From an uncultured delta proteobacterium (GTDB taxonomy: Bacteria > Myxococcota_A > Polyangia > Polyangiales > Houyiibacteriaceae), in NCBI GenBank assembly GCA_963817725.1, contig CAWFPD010000006.1:132406-196405 (forward strand): DNA of 64,000 nucleotides. Direction: 5' to 3'. The notes below the pieces were generated by a model that worked only from the letters and a program-made list of their open reading frames with translations, made no database searches and was not told the origin of the DNA. How positions within the stretch are numbered: position 1 is the stretch's first letter; the number at the start of each line of letters is the position of its first letter. The translations under genes were made by a program, and so were the position numbers. Positions 28,337 through 37,248 of this stretch are shown here, piece after piece.

Positions 28337-28825
28337 ATGAGCTTTAGCGTAGGCGACAAAGCAGTCCATCCGGCCCATGGGGTTGCCGAGATCACTCAGA
28401 TCGAGGAACGCTTGATCGGCTCCGACAAGATCGATTTCTATATTTTGAAGCTCGTGAACGGAAAGGCCGGGACCATTCGTGTGGCGACCAATGCGGTCGA
28501 TCGGGTGGGCCTTCGGCAGGTCATGTCACGCCGGGCGGCCAAGACCGTCCTCGACGAGCTCAAGAAGGACGAGATGGCGGTCACCTCGCAGCCTTGGAAC
28601 CGGCGGTATCGCGAATACACGGAGATGCTCAAGAGCGGCTCCCCCATCAAGGTCGCCAAGGTGTTGCGCGACCTGTCCAAGGTCCGCGCCGAAAAAGGGG
28701 AGCTTAGCTACGGAGAGAAGAAGCTCATGGAGCAGGCTCGCCAGCTTCTCATCACCGAGCTGGCGCTGGCCCGGCGCGTTCGTGAAGAAACCATCGAGCG
28801 CGACATCGACAAGATCCTGAACTGA
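28337..28825 (+). CDS. cdnL: CarD/CdnL family RNA-polymerase-binding transcription factor
   Basis: ATG 28337 preceded by GAAGGAGAG. N-terminal CarD_CdnL_TRCF domain (FSVGDKAVHPAHGVAEI), 162 aa. Confidence 0.9.
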   Translation: MSFSVGDKAVHPAHGVAEITQIEERLIGSDKIDFYILKLVNGKAGTIRVATNAVDRVGLRQVMSRRAAKTVLDELKKDEMAVTSQPWNRRYREYTEMLKSGSPIKVAKVLRDLSKVRAEKGELSYGEKKLMEQARQLLITELALARRVREETIERDIDKILN

Positions 28826-28837
28826 GCGGCACCTCTT

Positions 28838-29500
28838 CTACCTCGCAGCCTTTTCTTGGTGGCCCGAGGTGCCGAAGCGTCTGGACAGCTCCCTCAGCAG
28901 GGTGCGAAGCGGGACCTCTCGCAGAACGAGGCCCACGACGAGGTGATAGAGGAGGTCGCCGGCTTCGGCAGCGACCCGCTCGTCCGATTCGTCGATGAGC
29001 GCCTGCCCGAGCTCGGCCGCCTCCTCGCGAATCTTCTCGTCTATCCGGCGAGCTCCACCGTCGAGCAGCGACTTGGTGTAGCTCTGGGCGGCATCTGACG
29101 ACTTGCGCTCCTGCAGGACGCGCTCGAGCCGCAGGAGGGTCGGAGCGGCAACATCGGCCTCGGTCTGGGCTAGCTCCCCTGAAGCATCGACCCTGCGAAA
29201 AAAGCAGGTTTCAGCGCCCGTGTGGCAGGAAGGGCCTCGCGGATCGACCAAATAGATCAACGTGTCTCCATCACAGTCGACCCACACGCTGCGTACCAGC
29301 AGGGTATTGCCGCTGCTCTCCCCCTTCTTCCAGAGGCGTTGGCGTGTCCGGCTGTAGAAGTGGGCAAGGCCGGTCCGCAGCGTATACTCCACCGCCGTCT
29401 GATCGGCATACGCCATCATACGGACCTCTCCGGTTTCCGCGTCCTGCGCGATGACGGCCACCAGGCCCCTGTCGTCGTAGTTGAGCGCGTCGATGCTCAT
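28838..29500 (-). CDS. hisIE: Bifunctional phosphoribosyl-AMP cyclohydrolase / phosphoribosyl-ATP pyrophosphatase
   Basis: HisI motifs (YSRTRQRLWKKGESSGN, CDGD) followed by a HisE helical domain. Confidence 0.9.
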   Translation of the reverse strand: MSIDALNYDDRGLVAVIAQDAETGEVRMMAYADQTAVEYTLRTGLAHFYSRTRQRLWKKGESSGNTLLVRSVWVDCDGDTLIYLVDPRGPSCHTGAETCFFRRVDASGELAQTEADVAAPTLLRLERVLQERKSSDAAQSYTKSLLDGGARRIDEKIREEAAELGQALIDESDERVAAEAGDLLYHLVVGLVLREVPLRTLLRELSRRFGTSGHQEKAAR

Positions 29501-29561
29501 GAGCCAGGTCCTACGTGAGGTCGGGTCGCTCCGCAACCGCGAGATGGCGAAGCGGTTTCAG

Positions 29562-30173
29562 TCATCGGCCGAGGCCCATCAGCGCGCTCAGGGTGTCGCG
29601 TAGCCCGCTGAGGTCGGATGCGCTGACGTGAGCCGACGCGCCGGCCTCCAAGGCTGCCTGCCGGTCTGTTTCGTTACCCGCGAGCAGAACGGCGCGCACA
29701 TGCTGGGTCGCCTGGCCGTGCTTGAGGGCGGCGATGATTTCCGCTCCGGTAAGCGGACCCAGCCTTGCTGCCAGAACCACGGCATCGGGCGGCTGCTCCC
29801 CCATGTGCAAGAGAGCTGTCACCGGATCGGAGTATTCGACGACCTCGAACGCCGAGCGGAGCGCGGACACCATGCGGCCGTTGCCCCCGTGCCCATCGAC
29901 CAGCAACGCCACCCGGGGCCGTTCCGACTCGAGCTCCTCCGGAATCGGGTACCCATACTTGCGTAGGAAATCGAGGACGTGCGGCCGGCGAAACCGCAGG
30001 TGCCGGCCCGGTGTCCGGAAGTGCGGAATCTGGCCTCGATCCGCCCAGTTGTGGATCGTCTTGAGGTCCACCTGGCAAAACCGCGCAATCTGAGATGCCG
30101 TGAAGAGATCCCCGGGCTTGCGTACGCTCGCAGTCACTCCCTTTGGGTAACGTTTGACCGACCCTGGATCCAA
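29562..30173 (-). CDS. Excisionase/MerR-type HTH DNA-binding domain fused to a receiver-like domain lacking the phospho-acceptor Asp
   Basis: HTH_17-like segment (FTASQIARFCQVDLKTIHNWADRGQIPHFRTPGRHLRF). The REC-like fold shows LVDGHGG and DAVVLAARL where the DD and D residues are expected. Confidence 0.6.
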   Translation of the reverse strand: MDPGSVKRYPKGVTASVRKPGDLFTASQIARFCQVDLKTIHNWADRGQIPHFRTPGRHLRFRRPHVLDFLRKYGYPIPEELESERPRVALLVDGHGGNGRMVSALRSAFEVVEYSDPVTALLHMGEQPPDAVVLAARLGPLTGAEIIAALKHGQATQHVRAVLLAGNETDRQAALEAGASAHVSASDLSGLRDTLSALMGLGR

Positions 30174-30206
30174 ACCAGGAGGGCGAGAATCTCGAAAAAC
30201 TGTGGC

Positions 30207-31052
30207 CTAGCGAACAGGTTGGGGTGCGTCGCGCCAAGCCGTACCGTCGAAGAGCATGCGGGTGGCTCCTGGCAACACCGGTTCGTCCTCCGGGTGATCG
30301 GGATCCCCCGGCAGCGCCAAGAACCAGCCACCGTCCCCCGTGACGATGCGGGGCCGCACCAGAGGCGGCTTTCGGGAAAGCGCATCGGTGATGACCGCGG
30401 CTGCATCGTCGAACGACGCCAGCCACTGGAGTGTGCGGACCGTCGGCGGAGCCAGCTTGATCTTGCCTCGACGCATCTGCTCGAGGGCATCGTCCGGTCG
30501 TAGCCACGCGGCCGAGGTCGTTTCACTGCCGTCGTGAGATGCTCTCTGACCCTGTGGCAAGATTGCGACGAAGAAACGCGTGTCGAACCGGCTGCTTTCC
30601 ATCTTCGGCGTGATCCAGCGCGCATACGGGGTCAGAGCAGATGCATCGATCGAGATGTCGAGGGCGTCGGCTAGCTCCAAGAAGGAAGCACCGTGGTGAA
30701 GCGCCGCGCGGGCGGATTCGAGGTCTGCATCCCTTGCCGCCCTTGCTACCAGCACACCGGCTTCCTCGAACGTCTCCCGGACGGCTGCGACGACGAGCCC
30801 GAGCCCGAGCTGTGGGTCTGCCTCGGCCAAGCGCACAGTGAGCTCTTCGGGCGTCGGATCGACCCGGGACAACCAGTGTGCATCGGTGTCGTTTGGATCG
30901 ACCTTGCCGCCTGGGAACACGTGCGCGCCTCCCATGAAGCCGCTCCGCTGATGCCTGCAGAGCATGAAGGTCTCGAGGCCGGACCCCGCTTCGCGCAGGA
31001 GGATCACGGTTGCGGCGTCTTTGATCGGCTTGGGCGCCGCCTCCCCGCTCAT
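30207..31052 (-). CDS. NUDIX hydrolase domain protein
   Basis: Nudix box elements GGKVD...AAVRETFEEAGVLV. ATG 31052 overlaps the upstream stop (ATGA). The ORF-track N-terminal extension is rejected. Confidence 0.75.
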   Translation of the reverse strand: MSGEAAPKPIKDAATVILLREAGSGLETFMLCRHQRSGFMGGAHVFPGGKVDPNDTDAHWLSRVDPTPEELTVRLAEADPQLGLGLVVAAVRETFEEAGVLVARAARDADLESARAALHHGASFLELADALDISIDASALTPYARWITPKMESSRFDTRFFVAILPQGQRASHDGSETTSAAWLRPDDALEQMRRGKIKLAPPTVRTLQWLASFDDAAAVITDALSRKPPLVRPRIVTGDGGWFLALPGDPDHPEDEPVLPGATRMLFDGTAWRDAPQPVR

Positions 31053-31876
31053 GACTCGCGCGAGACCAATACGTAGGTCGTGGACACCCCAATCGCGTTC
31101 GCGATCCGCGCCAGCGTTTCGAGGGAAGGCGTGTGCCGTCCTGCTTCGACCCGGGCAATGTTGGGCCGGTGAATGCCCGTCCTGCGCGCGAGCTCTGCCT
31201 GCGTCAATCCTGCTGCAAGGCGCAGCTCCCGAAGTCGGGCGCCGAGCCTCTCTCCATCGATGGCGATGTCGCCATGTCCATCGCTCGCGTCCGATGAAAC
31301 GTGCACGGCCTCGACCGTGAGTTGACAAACCGCGCCGCTCTTCAACCGGAGGGTGGCTTTGAAAGCGCTGGGATCGATCATGATGCTCACGATTTCAGAA
31401 CCGTCATCGGAGCCGTCGATGGGACGGCGATGCAGGGACGCCTCCCCGTTTCCAAGCACGGCCAGTACATCGTCGCTGCATGGAGAGACGGTGACGAATT
31501 CGAGACGCTGGCTGCGTCGATGATCGACCCGGCGTGAGAGCGCTGCAGCAACTTGGGCAACCTCGCGGTCCGAGCTGGTCACGAGTCCGTGACAGATCTC
31601 GGTGACGATGTCTTCGAGCGCATCTCGGTCGCGGTCCAAGTGCGCGATCGGTAGGGCGCCCGATGCGCGTACGAACCCGATCGTCGCAAGCAGGTCGTCG
31701 GCATCGAGGCCGGCGCCGTCGATGTCGACGACCACAGCCGCTTGACCCTCAACGGCTTCCGACAGCGCGCTGGGTGCGACGACCTTGCAGTCGACGCGAT
31801 GTGGGGCCAGGGCTTGCCGCCACAGTTGTGCAACCTGCTCGCGTTCCGTCAACAAGGTCACGCTGAGTGTCATCAT
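31049..31876 (-). CDS. XRE-family HTH transcriptional regulator with an N-terminal receiver-like domain and a central beta-rich domain
   Basis: C-terminal [36 protein letters not shown] is an XRE HTH. The N-terminal ~115 aa have a CheY-like alternation pattern. Confidence 0.7.
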   Translation of the reverse strand: MMTLSVTLLTEREQVAQLWRQALAPHRVDCKVVAPSALSEAVEGQAAVVVDIDGAGLDADDLLATIGFVRASGALPIAHLDRDRDALEDIVTEICHGLVTSSDREVAQVAAALSRRVDHRRSQRLEFVTVSPCSDDVLAVLGNGEASLHRRPIDGSDDGSEIVSIMIDPSAFKATLRLKSGAVCQLTVEAVHVSSDASDGHGDIAIDGERLGARLRELRLAAGLTQAELARRTGIHRPNIARVEAGRHTPSLETLARIANAIGVSTTYVLVSRES

Positions 31877-32072
31877 TCCTCCGTGTGCGGGAGCGATGAG
31901 GTTTACACTCCCACGTGAGGAACCTCAACCGTCTAATCTCAGGAAAGCAACGCGTGACACCATTGCGTCCATTCCGAAGCGAGGCGTGGTTGACACCGGT
32001 CTGCCCCTTTGCTACCTCCGACGCCCTTCCTGTCGGGTGGCAACTCTACTCTCGCGCTGGAGGGAACCACCG

Positions 32073-33014
32073 ATGTTCAAGTCGACCTGCGTTTTTTCGG
32101 GAAACTCGAATCCGGCCCTCGCCGAGAAGATCGCGAAGTATCTCGAGTTGCCTTTGGGCCGCGTCCGGGTGTCGCGCTTTTCCGACGGCGAGGTGTTTGC
32201 CGAGATCCGGGAAAACGTTCGCGGCGTGGATGTTTACGTCATTCAGTCGACCTGCGCGCCGGTGAACGACAATCTGATGGAGCTGCTGGTGATGACGGAC
32301 GCGCTCAAACGCGCCTCGGCCGGATCGATCACCGCGGTCATCCCTTATTACGGATATGCGCGGCAAGATCGGAAGGCAGCGCCTCGCACGCCGATCACGG
32401 CCAAGTTGGTCGCGGACCTGCTCAGCGCTTCCGGCGTCGATCGCGTGGTGGCAATGGATTTGCATGCTGCGCAGATCCAGGGCTTCTTCAACACGCCGTT
32501 CGACCATCTTTATGCACTCCCGGTGTTCTTGCAGCACCTGAAGCCGCGATTTCGGACACCTCCGGTCTTCGTTTCGCCCGATGCAGGCGGGGTGGAGCGA
32601 ACGCGGGCCTATGCCAAGCGCCTGGGGGCGGATCTGGCCATCATCGACAAGCGCCGCGAAGCCAAGAACGTCAGTGAGGTCATGAACATCATCGGTGACG
32701 TCAAAGACCGCGAATGCGTGATTCTGGACGACATGATCGATACGGCTGGCACCATCACCAACGCCGCGCGAGCTCTCCGCGACAAGGGCGCCGAACGAGT
32801 CCTAGCCGCCGCCACGCACCCGGTTTTGTCGGGTCCGGCGCTCGAGCGCATTACGGACTCCCCTCTCGAGGAGGTCATCATCACCGACACCATACCCCTG
32901 CGGAAAGAGGCCGAGGAGACGGGGCGCTTCCGCGTGCTTTCGGTTGCAAGTTTGCTAGGAGAGGCCATCAAACGGATTCACCACAGCGACTCGGTGAGCT
33001 CGCTGTTCGTATAA
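32073..33014 (+). CDS. prs: Ribose-phosphate pyrophosphokinase
   Basis: [14 protein letters not shown] start, the [10 protein letters not shown] motif and the PRPP-binding loop [12 protein letters not shown] 32073 chosen. Confidence 0.95.
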   Translation: MFKSTCVFSGNSNPALAEKIAKYLELPLGRVRVSRFSDGEVFAEIRENVRGVDVYVIQSTCAPVNDNLMELLVMTDALKRASAGSITAVIPYYGYARQDRKAAPRTPITAKLVADLLSASGVDRVVAMDLHAAQIQGFFNTPFDHLYALPVFLQHLKPRFRTPPVFVSPDAGGVERTRAYAKRLGADLAIIDKRREAKNVSEVMNIIGDVKDRECVILDDMIDTAGTITNAARALRDKGAERVLAAATHPVLSGPALERITDSPLEEVIITDTIPLRKEAEETGRFRVLSVASLLGEAIKRIHHSDSVSSLFV

Positions 33015-33029
33015 TTGGAGTATTCGACC

Positions 33030-33677
33030 ATGGAAACGACGACGTTGCAGGCTGAGGTCCGCGCAAGCCGCGGAAAGGGGCCAGCGCGTCGGCTGCGTGC
33101 GCAAGGAAGGCTTCCGGGGGTTTTTTACGGCCCCGGCGTCGAGCCCACGCCGCTGACCCTATCCCCCAAGGAACTGGAAAAGGCGCTTCGAGGCGAGCGA
33201 GGGCGGAACGCGGTGTTCAAGCTCTCGCTGGGAGGGGAGGACCAGTTGGCGATGGTCAAGGACGTCACCACCGACCCGGTCACCCAAACGCTCCTTCATG
33301 TCGACTTGTATCGGGTTTTCGAGGATCGGCAGCTCGAGGTCCAGGTGCCGTTCCACGCGCACGGAAGGGCAGCTGGCGTGGTCCAGGGCGGTGTGCTCAA
33401 CATCACGCGGCGGACGGTTCCAGTGCGGACGACCCCGGCGAAGATCCCGGTATCCATCGATGTGGACGTCACCCCATTGGCGCTCAAGGACAGCATCGCG
33501 GTCGAGGACATCGAGTTGCCGGAGGGGGTCGTATGCACCCTCTCACCGAAGCTCACGCTGGCCATCGTGCTAGAGCCACGCAAGGCCGCTCCCTTGCCCG
33601 GCGAAGAGGGTTCGGAGGGTGCTGCTGAGGCCGGTGGCGCGGCCGAAGGCGAGGCGGCCAAGAAGGCCGGCGACTAG
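33030..33677 (+). CDS. rplY: 50S ribosomal protein L25 / general stress protein Ctc
   Basis: RGKGPARRLRAQGRLPGVFYG motif, Ctc-type C-terminal extension, GGAG 9 nt upstream. Confidence 0.9.
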   Translation: METTTLQAEVRASRGKGPARRLRAQGRLPGVFYGPGVEPTPLTLSPKELEKALRGERGRNAVFKLSLGGEDQLAMVKDVTTDPVTQTLLHVDLYRVFEDRQLEVQVPFHAHGRAAGVVQGGVLNITRRTVPVRTTPAKIPVSIDVDVTPLALKDSIAVEDIELPEGVVCTLSPKLTLAIVLEPRKAAPLPGEEGSEGAAEAGGAAEGEAAKKAGD

Positions 33678-33691
33678 TCTCCGGTCGAACC

Positions 33692-34261
33692 GTGAGCGTG
33701 CACCTCGTCGCGGGCCTCGGAAACCCCGGTCCCAAGTATGCCGGCAATCGCCACAACGTCGGGTTCATGGTCGTGGACGAGCTGGCGAGGCGCTGGGGTG
33801 CACCAAGCTCCCGCAGCAAGTGTAAGGGTGAGCTCACCAAGGTCGCCGTGGGCGGGCAGGATGTCGTCTTGCTCAAGCCGATGACGTACATGAATCGGAG
33901 CGGGGAGTCGGTTCAGGCGGCCATGCAATTTTTCAAGGTACCGGTTGGCCAGGTTGCGTGCATCCACGACGAGCTCGATCTCGAGCTGGGGGTGGTGCGC
34001 CTCAAGGTCGGCGGCGGGACCGCCGGCCACAACGGCCTGCGGTCGGTGATCCAGCATTGCGGATCACCGGACTTCCTGCGTTGCCGCGTGGGTATCGGGC
34101 GACCCGAACGGGGTCGGCCCGAGCACTATGTTTTGAGTGATTTCGGCAGCTTGGAACGAGCCGAGCTCGGCACTGTGCTCGAGCTGGCGGCTGACGCCAT
34201 CGAGACGGCCATCCTCGAAGGGCCGCGTGAAGCAATGAATCGCCACCACGGCCGATCCTGA
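33692..34261 (+). CDS. pth: Peptidyl-tRNA hydrolase
   Basis: GLGNPGPKYAGNRHNVGF signature. Confidence 0.93.
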   Translation: MSVHLVAGLGNPGPKYAGNRHNVGFMVVDELARRWGAPSSRSKCKGELTKVAVGGQDVVLLKPMTYMNRSGESVQAAMQFFKVPVGQVACIHDELDLELGVVRLKVGGGTAGHNGLRSVIQHCGSPDFLRCRVGIGRPERGRPEHYVLSDFGSLERAELGTVLELAADAIETAILEGPREAMNRHHGRS

Positions 34262-34346
34262 CGGCTGGCGTCAAGCTGCAGATCGGCTATGCCTCGCCCT
34301 TCCTCGTTCCAGCTTCGAGCTGGGGCCAATAGACCAGGAGGAGCCC

Positions 34347-34994
34347 ATGGCGACTACAGCCGCAGCGTCACCGATTCGGTGGGCGCGCGAATATGAAACG
34401 ATTTACATCCTTCGGCCGGACGTCGAGAAAGCCAAAGCCGAACAGATCATCGAGCGACTCAAAGAAGTCATCTCCCGTCTCGATGGCACGCTGACCAAGC
34501 TCGACAACTGGGGCAAGCGCAAGTTGGCGTACCCCATCGAGAAGAAGACGCGCGGCATCTTTGTCTACTTGAAGTATGTCGGTTACAACGATCTGGTCGC
34601 AGAGCTCGAGCGGAACCTGCGCCTGCTCGACGATGTGGTGCGCTTCCAGACCGTCCTCTTGGCTGAGGACATCGATCCGGCTTCGGTGACGGTCGATCCC
34701 GACGAGCTGCAGTATTTGCACGTCGAGGAAGCCGAGGAGGTCGAGGACGCAGAGGCCGAGCGTGCCCGGAGCCTTGGCATGGGGCCGCGAGGCGCCGACG
34801 CGCAAGAGAGTGAAGCCCGAGACCAATCCGACGAGGAGACCCAGTCGGAAGAGACCAAGTCGGGCGAAACCAAGTCGGGCGAAACCAAGTCGGGCGAAAC
34901 CAAGTCGGGCGAAACCAAGTCGGGAGGCGACGACGACACCGACCTCGATTCCAAAGAAGACTCGTCCAACGAAGACGAGCGCGAGGAGGGCTGA
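34347..34994 (+). CDS. rpsF: 30S ribosomal protein S6 with a long acidic repeat-containing C-terminal tail
   Basis: S6 core (YETIYILRPD...WGKRKLAYPI) followed by about 110 aa of acidic tail that includes ETKSG repeats. Confidence 0.9.
   Translation: MATTAAASPIRWAREYETIYILRPDVEKAKAEQIIERLKEVISRLDGTLTKLDNWGKRKLAYPIEKKTRGIFVYLKYVGYNDLVAELERNLRLLDDVVRFQTVLLAEDIDPASVTVDPDELQYLHVEEAEEVEDAEAERARSLGMGPRGADAQESEARDQSDEETQSEETKSGETKSGETKSGETKSGETKSGGDDDTDLDSKEDSSNEDEREEG
34836..34925 (+). repeat. In-frame 15-bp tandem repeat (GAAACCAAGTCGGGC, 4 near-perfect plus 2 degenerate copies) inside rpsF
   Basis: Units at 34851, 34866, 34881, 34896 and 34911, with a degenerate unit at 34836. They encode (E)ETKSG repeats. 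Confidence 0.95.
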
Positions 34995-34997
34995 CCC

Positions 34998-35258
34998 ATG
35001 GCAGACGACATGCAGCAAGATTTCGACGTGGAGGGCAGGGGACGACGCGGCCGCAAAAGAGCCCCAGGCGTCAGCCTCCCTCCCGATTTCAAGTTTGATT
35101 ACAAGGATCCTCAGCAGCTGCGCCACTTCATCACCGATCGCGGCAAGATCGTTCCGCGGCGCGTGAGCGGATTGAGCGCAAAGCAGCAGCGCGACCTGAC
35201 CCGTGCGATCAAGCGGGCCCGCAACATCGCGTTGCTCCCCTATACGGCCACGAAGTGA
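34998..35258 (+). CDS. rpsR: 30S ribosomal protein S18
   Basis: [40 protein letters not shown] signature. Confidence 0.94.
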   Translation: MADDMQQDFDVEGRGRRGRKRAPGVSLPPDFKFDYKDPQQLRHFITDRGKIVPRRVSGLSAKQQRDLTRAIKRARNIALLPYTATK

Positions 35259-35265
35259 GGTAGCC

Positions 35266-35733
35266 ATGGCATCCAGTGTCGAAGTCGTACTGAAGGAAAA
35301 TCTCGAGCATCTCGGATCGATTGGCGACGTAGTGCGGGTGCGCCGCGGATATGCCCGCAACTACCTCCTGCCCCGGGGTCTGGCCGTCCTAGCCAGCCGC
35401 GGGAACATGCGGCAGATCGAGCACGTGAAAGAAGTGCAGGCGCGCCGAGTGGCGAAGCTCCGCGGCGAGCAGGAGTATTTGGTCGCAGAGCTCGCCAAGG
35501 TGACCGTCATGGTGGCCAAAGAGGCGGGTGAGGACGGCAAGCTCTTCGGCTCGGTGACCTCCGTCGACGTGATCGAGGGCCTCAAGGCAAAGGGTATCGA
35601 GGCCGACATCGACAAAAAGAAGTTGATCATGCCCGATCACCCAATCAAGGAGGTTGGCAGCTACGAAGTAGGCGTGAAGCTACCGTATGGCTTGACGGCG
35701 ACCGTGAAGGTCGAGGTCAAGACCCGCGCGTAG
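35266..35733 (+). CDS. rplI: 50S ribosomal protein L9
   Basis: VVLKENLEHLGSIGDVVRVRRGYARNYLLPRGLA signature. ATG 35266. Confidence 0.94.
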   Translation: MASSVEVVLKENLEHLGSIGDVVRVRRGYARNYLLPRGLAVLASRGNMRQIEHVKEVQARRVAKLRGEQEYLVAELAKVTVMVAKEAGEDGKLFGSVTSVDVIEGLKAKGIEADIDKKKLIMPDHPIKEVGSYEVGVKLPYGLTATVKVEVKTRA

Positions 35734-35813
35734 CCGACCGGCGACGTCTGGCAGGCGCGCCGGCCGGCCGAATGGGCACTTCCACTGAGCTGCCCTAGAC
35801 GCTACAACCAAGC

Positions 35814-37220
35814 GTGGAAAGGCAGGGGGCGATTTCTCCGACGGCACGACCCGGACAGGTTCCACCGAGCTCGCTCGAAGCCGAACGGGCAGTTCTCGGC
35901 GGAATCCTCCTCGAGAACGACGCGATGAACGTCGTGCTCGAACAGATCTCGCCTGACGACTTCTACAGCGAGGCCAACGCCAAGATCTTCGAGGCGATGA
36001 CCGAGCTCTTCCGTCGTAGCCAGCCCGTCGATCACGTGACTCTCCGCGAGTTGCTGGTGCACAGCGGGAAGCTTCCATCGATCGGGGGGGACGAATATCT
36101 CCTGTCGCTCAGCAACACCATCCCCAGCGTTTCGAACATCCAAGCGCACGCACGGATCATCCGGGAGAAGTCGGTCGTCCGATCGCTGATCCGGGTTTGT
36201 CACGAAGTGGTGTCGCGTGGGTATGGGGACTACGGGCCCGTCGAAGAATTCCTCGATCAGTCCGAATCGTCGATATTCTCGGTGGCCCGGGAACGCGCAC
36301 GGAATCCTTACGAGCACGTGAAGGACGTCGTGATGCGGACGTTTCAGGAGATCCATGAAACGGCCAATCGGGGCGAGGCCATCACGGGGCTTCCCACCGG
36401 ATACAAGCAGCTCGACAAGATGACGGCCGGCATGCATGCGGGCGATCTCGTCATCGTCGCGGGGCGCCCCGGAATGGGCAAGACGTCGTTTGCTCTCAAC
36501 GTTGCTTTCAATGCATGCGCGAAAGCCAAGTCCCCCGTAGCCGTGTTTTCGCTGGAGATGCCAAAAGGGCAGCTGGTGCGCCGGCTTCTCGGTGCCGAGG
36601 CGCGAGTCGACGGAAATCGGATTCGAACCGGCCAGCTACACAAAGACGATTGGCCGAAGCTTGCAGATGCGGCCGGCACGCTCAGCGAAATGCCCATCTG
36701 GATCGACGACACGCCCGCCATCACGATGTTGGAGCTCCGGGCCAAGGCGCGGCGCCTCAAGGCCGAGATCGGGCTCAGCCTGGTCGTGGTCGACTATCTG
36801 CAGCTGATGCGGTCGGGTTCACGCAACGATTCGCGCGAGCAGGAGATCAGCGAAATCAGTCGAAGCTTGAAGGCGCTGGCCAAGGAGCTCGAGCTTCCGG
36901 TGATCGCGCTTTCCCAGCTCAACCGCGGTGTCGAGTCCCGTGGCGTCAAGGACAAGCGGCCTCAGCTCTCCGATCTACGCGAGTCCGGCGCAATCGAGCA
37001 GGACGCGGATACGATCTGGTTCATCTACCGCGACGAGGTCTACAACCGCGACAGTGACGACAGGGGCATCGCCGAGATCATCATCGGGAAGCAACGCGCC
37101 GGTCCTACGGGGACGTGCCGCGTGCGATTTTTCAACGAGTACACGCGCTTCGACGACCTGGCGGAGTCCGACTACTATGGTGCGGCCGCGCCGGGGGTCG
37201 CCGACTTTCTCGACACCTGA
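35814..37220 (+). CDS. dnaB: Replicative DNA helicase DnaB
   Basis: PPSSLEAERAVLGGILL N-terminus and Walker A GRPGMGKT. The normal length (468 aa) leaves no room for an intein. Confidence 0.96.
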   Translation: MERQGAISPTARPGQVPPSSLEAERAVLGGILLENDAMNVVLEQISPDDFYSEANAKIFEAMTELFRRSQPVDHVTLRELLVHSGKLPSIGGDEYLLSLSNTIPSVSNIQAHARIIREKSVVRSLIRVCHEVVSRGYGDYGPVEEFLDQSESSIFSVARERARNPYEHVKDVVMRTFQEIHETANRGEAITGLPTGYKQLDKMTAGMHAGDLVIVAGRPGMGKTSFALNVAFNACAKAKSPVAVFSLEMPKGQLVRRLLGAEARVDGNRIRTGQLHKDDWPKLADAAGTLSEMPIWIDDTPAITMLELRAKARRLKAEIGLSLVVVDYLQLMRSGSRNDSREQEISEISRSLKALAKELELPVIALSQLNRGVESRGVKDKRPQLSDLRESGAIEQDADTIWFIYRDEVYNRDSDDRGIAEIIIGKQRAGPTGTCRVRFFNEYTRFDDLAESDYYGAAAPGVADFLDT

Positions 37221-37248
37221 GCGCGGGCCGCCGCGCGAGAGCGTATGG

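Noticed and set aside
34266-34280. A second sigma54-like element, TGGCGT-CAAGC-TGCA, upstream of rpsF.
   Set aside because: - The GG-to-GC offset is 11 nt, not 12.
- The -12 element lacks the TTGC core.
- A ribosomal-protein operon is an implausible sigma54 target.
34836-34925. CRISPR or minisatellite interpretation of the 15-bp repeats, and likewise of the 10-bp repeats at 18381-18410.
   Set aside because: - The repeats are contiguous with no spacers, and the units are far shorter than CRISPR repeats.
- The 15-bp array is in frame inside rpsF.
- No cas genes are present in the window.
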